Shown here piece after piece: positions 63,907 through 64,000 of a DNA stretch of 64,000 nt. The translations under genes were made by a program, and so were the position numbers. Location of the stretch: the IMG/VR virus record IMGVR_UViG_3300027770_001980, positions 157,357 to 221,356 of that record. One strand, written 5' to 3'. Below the pieces are notes generated by a model. The model saw only the letters and a list, made by a program, of their open reading frames with translations. It was not told where the DNA came from and did not search any database. How positions within the stretch are numbered: the first letter of the stretch is position 1; each line of letters opens with the position of its first letter.

Positions 63907-63925
63907 ACCCTACAGTGTGTAGGGT
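63907..63925. terminator. Hairpin at the end of an upstream early gene
   Basis: accctaca-gtg-tgtagggt, followed on the minus strand by cttt. Confidence 0.55.
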
Positions 63926-64000
63926 TATTCGTTAGTGGAACTCGCACCTCCATCAAGGTCGATCTCAATGTTCTCCTCGTCCTCGGCTTCCCACTCAGCA
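63925..64000 (-). CDS. C-terminal end of an acidic early protein (partial)
   Basis: Hand translation ...AEWEAEDEENIEIDLDGGASSTNE-stop. Confidence 0.45.
   Translation of the reverse strand, partial: AEWEAEDEENIEIDLDGGASSTNE

Noticed and set aside
1-64000. Alternative genetic code (stop-codon reassignment)
   Set aside because: Core genes are full length under the standard code, and TAA, TAG and TGA all act as normal terminators with coupled downstream starts.
1-64000. Prophage or host-chromosome context
   Set aside because: No integrase, att-like site or bacterial housekeeping operon is present; the whole window reads as phage genes with phage-type promoters.

Overview
This window is a 64 kb segment of a large lytic, T4-like (contractile-tailed) dsDNA bacteriophage genome. 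No integrase, rRNA, tRNA or CRISPR array was recognisable. Layout: (1) 1-16.5 kb, baseplate and tail-fibre genes rich in Thr/Ser/Gly repeats, ending in an S74-chaperone fibre and a glycosyltransferase. (2) 16.5-33.8 kb, morphogenesis: Nudix, gp15-, gp14- and gp13-like genes, dNMP kinase, sheath, tube, gp4-like, small and large terminase, and core-like proteins, many preceded by a TAAATA late-promoter box. (3) 33.9-49.6 kb, replication and recombination: gp32, UvsX, UvsY, UvsW, primase and gp41 helicase, interspersed with methyltransferases, a GT11, dCMP deaminase, an HNH homing endonuclease and a 191-aa miniature DnaE-like (family C polymerase) core. (4) 49.6-57.9 kb, YqgE/AlgH, a Pol-beta-like nucleotidyltransferase, a divergent six-gene glycosyltransferase-like cluster and a HAD nucleotidase. 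(5) 58-64 kb, a visibly more GC-rich early region of small minus-strand genes driven by 11 near-consensus sigma70 promoters with a shared leader. The most notable items are the mini-DnaE that keeps the catalytic aspartates, a gp15-like gene whose probable N-terminus has no in-frame start codon behind a GIY-YIG endonuclease, the glycosylation apparatus, the promoter-cassette array, and exact nucleotide modules flanking variable inserts in a tail fibre. All assignments come from motif recognition by eye; no searches were run.
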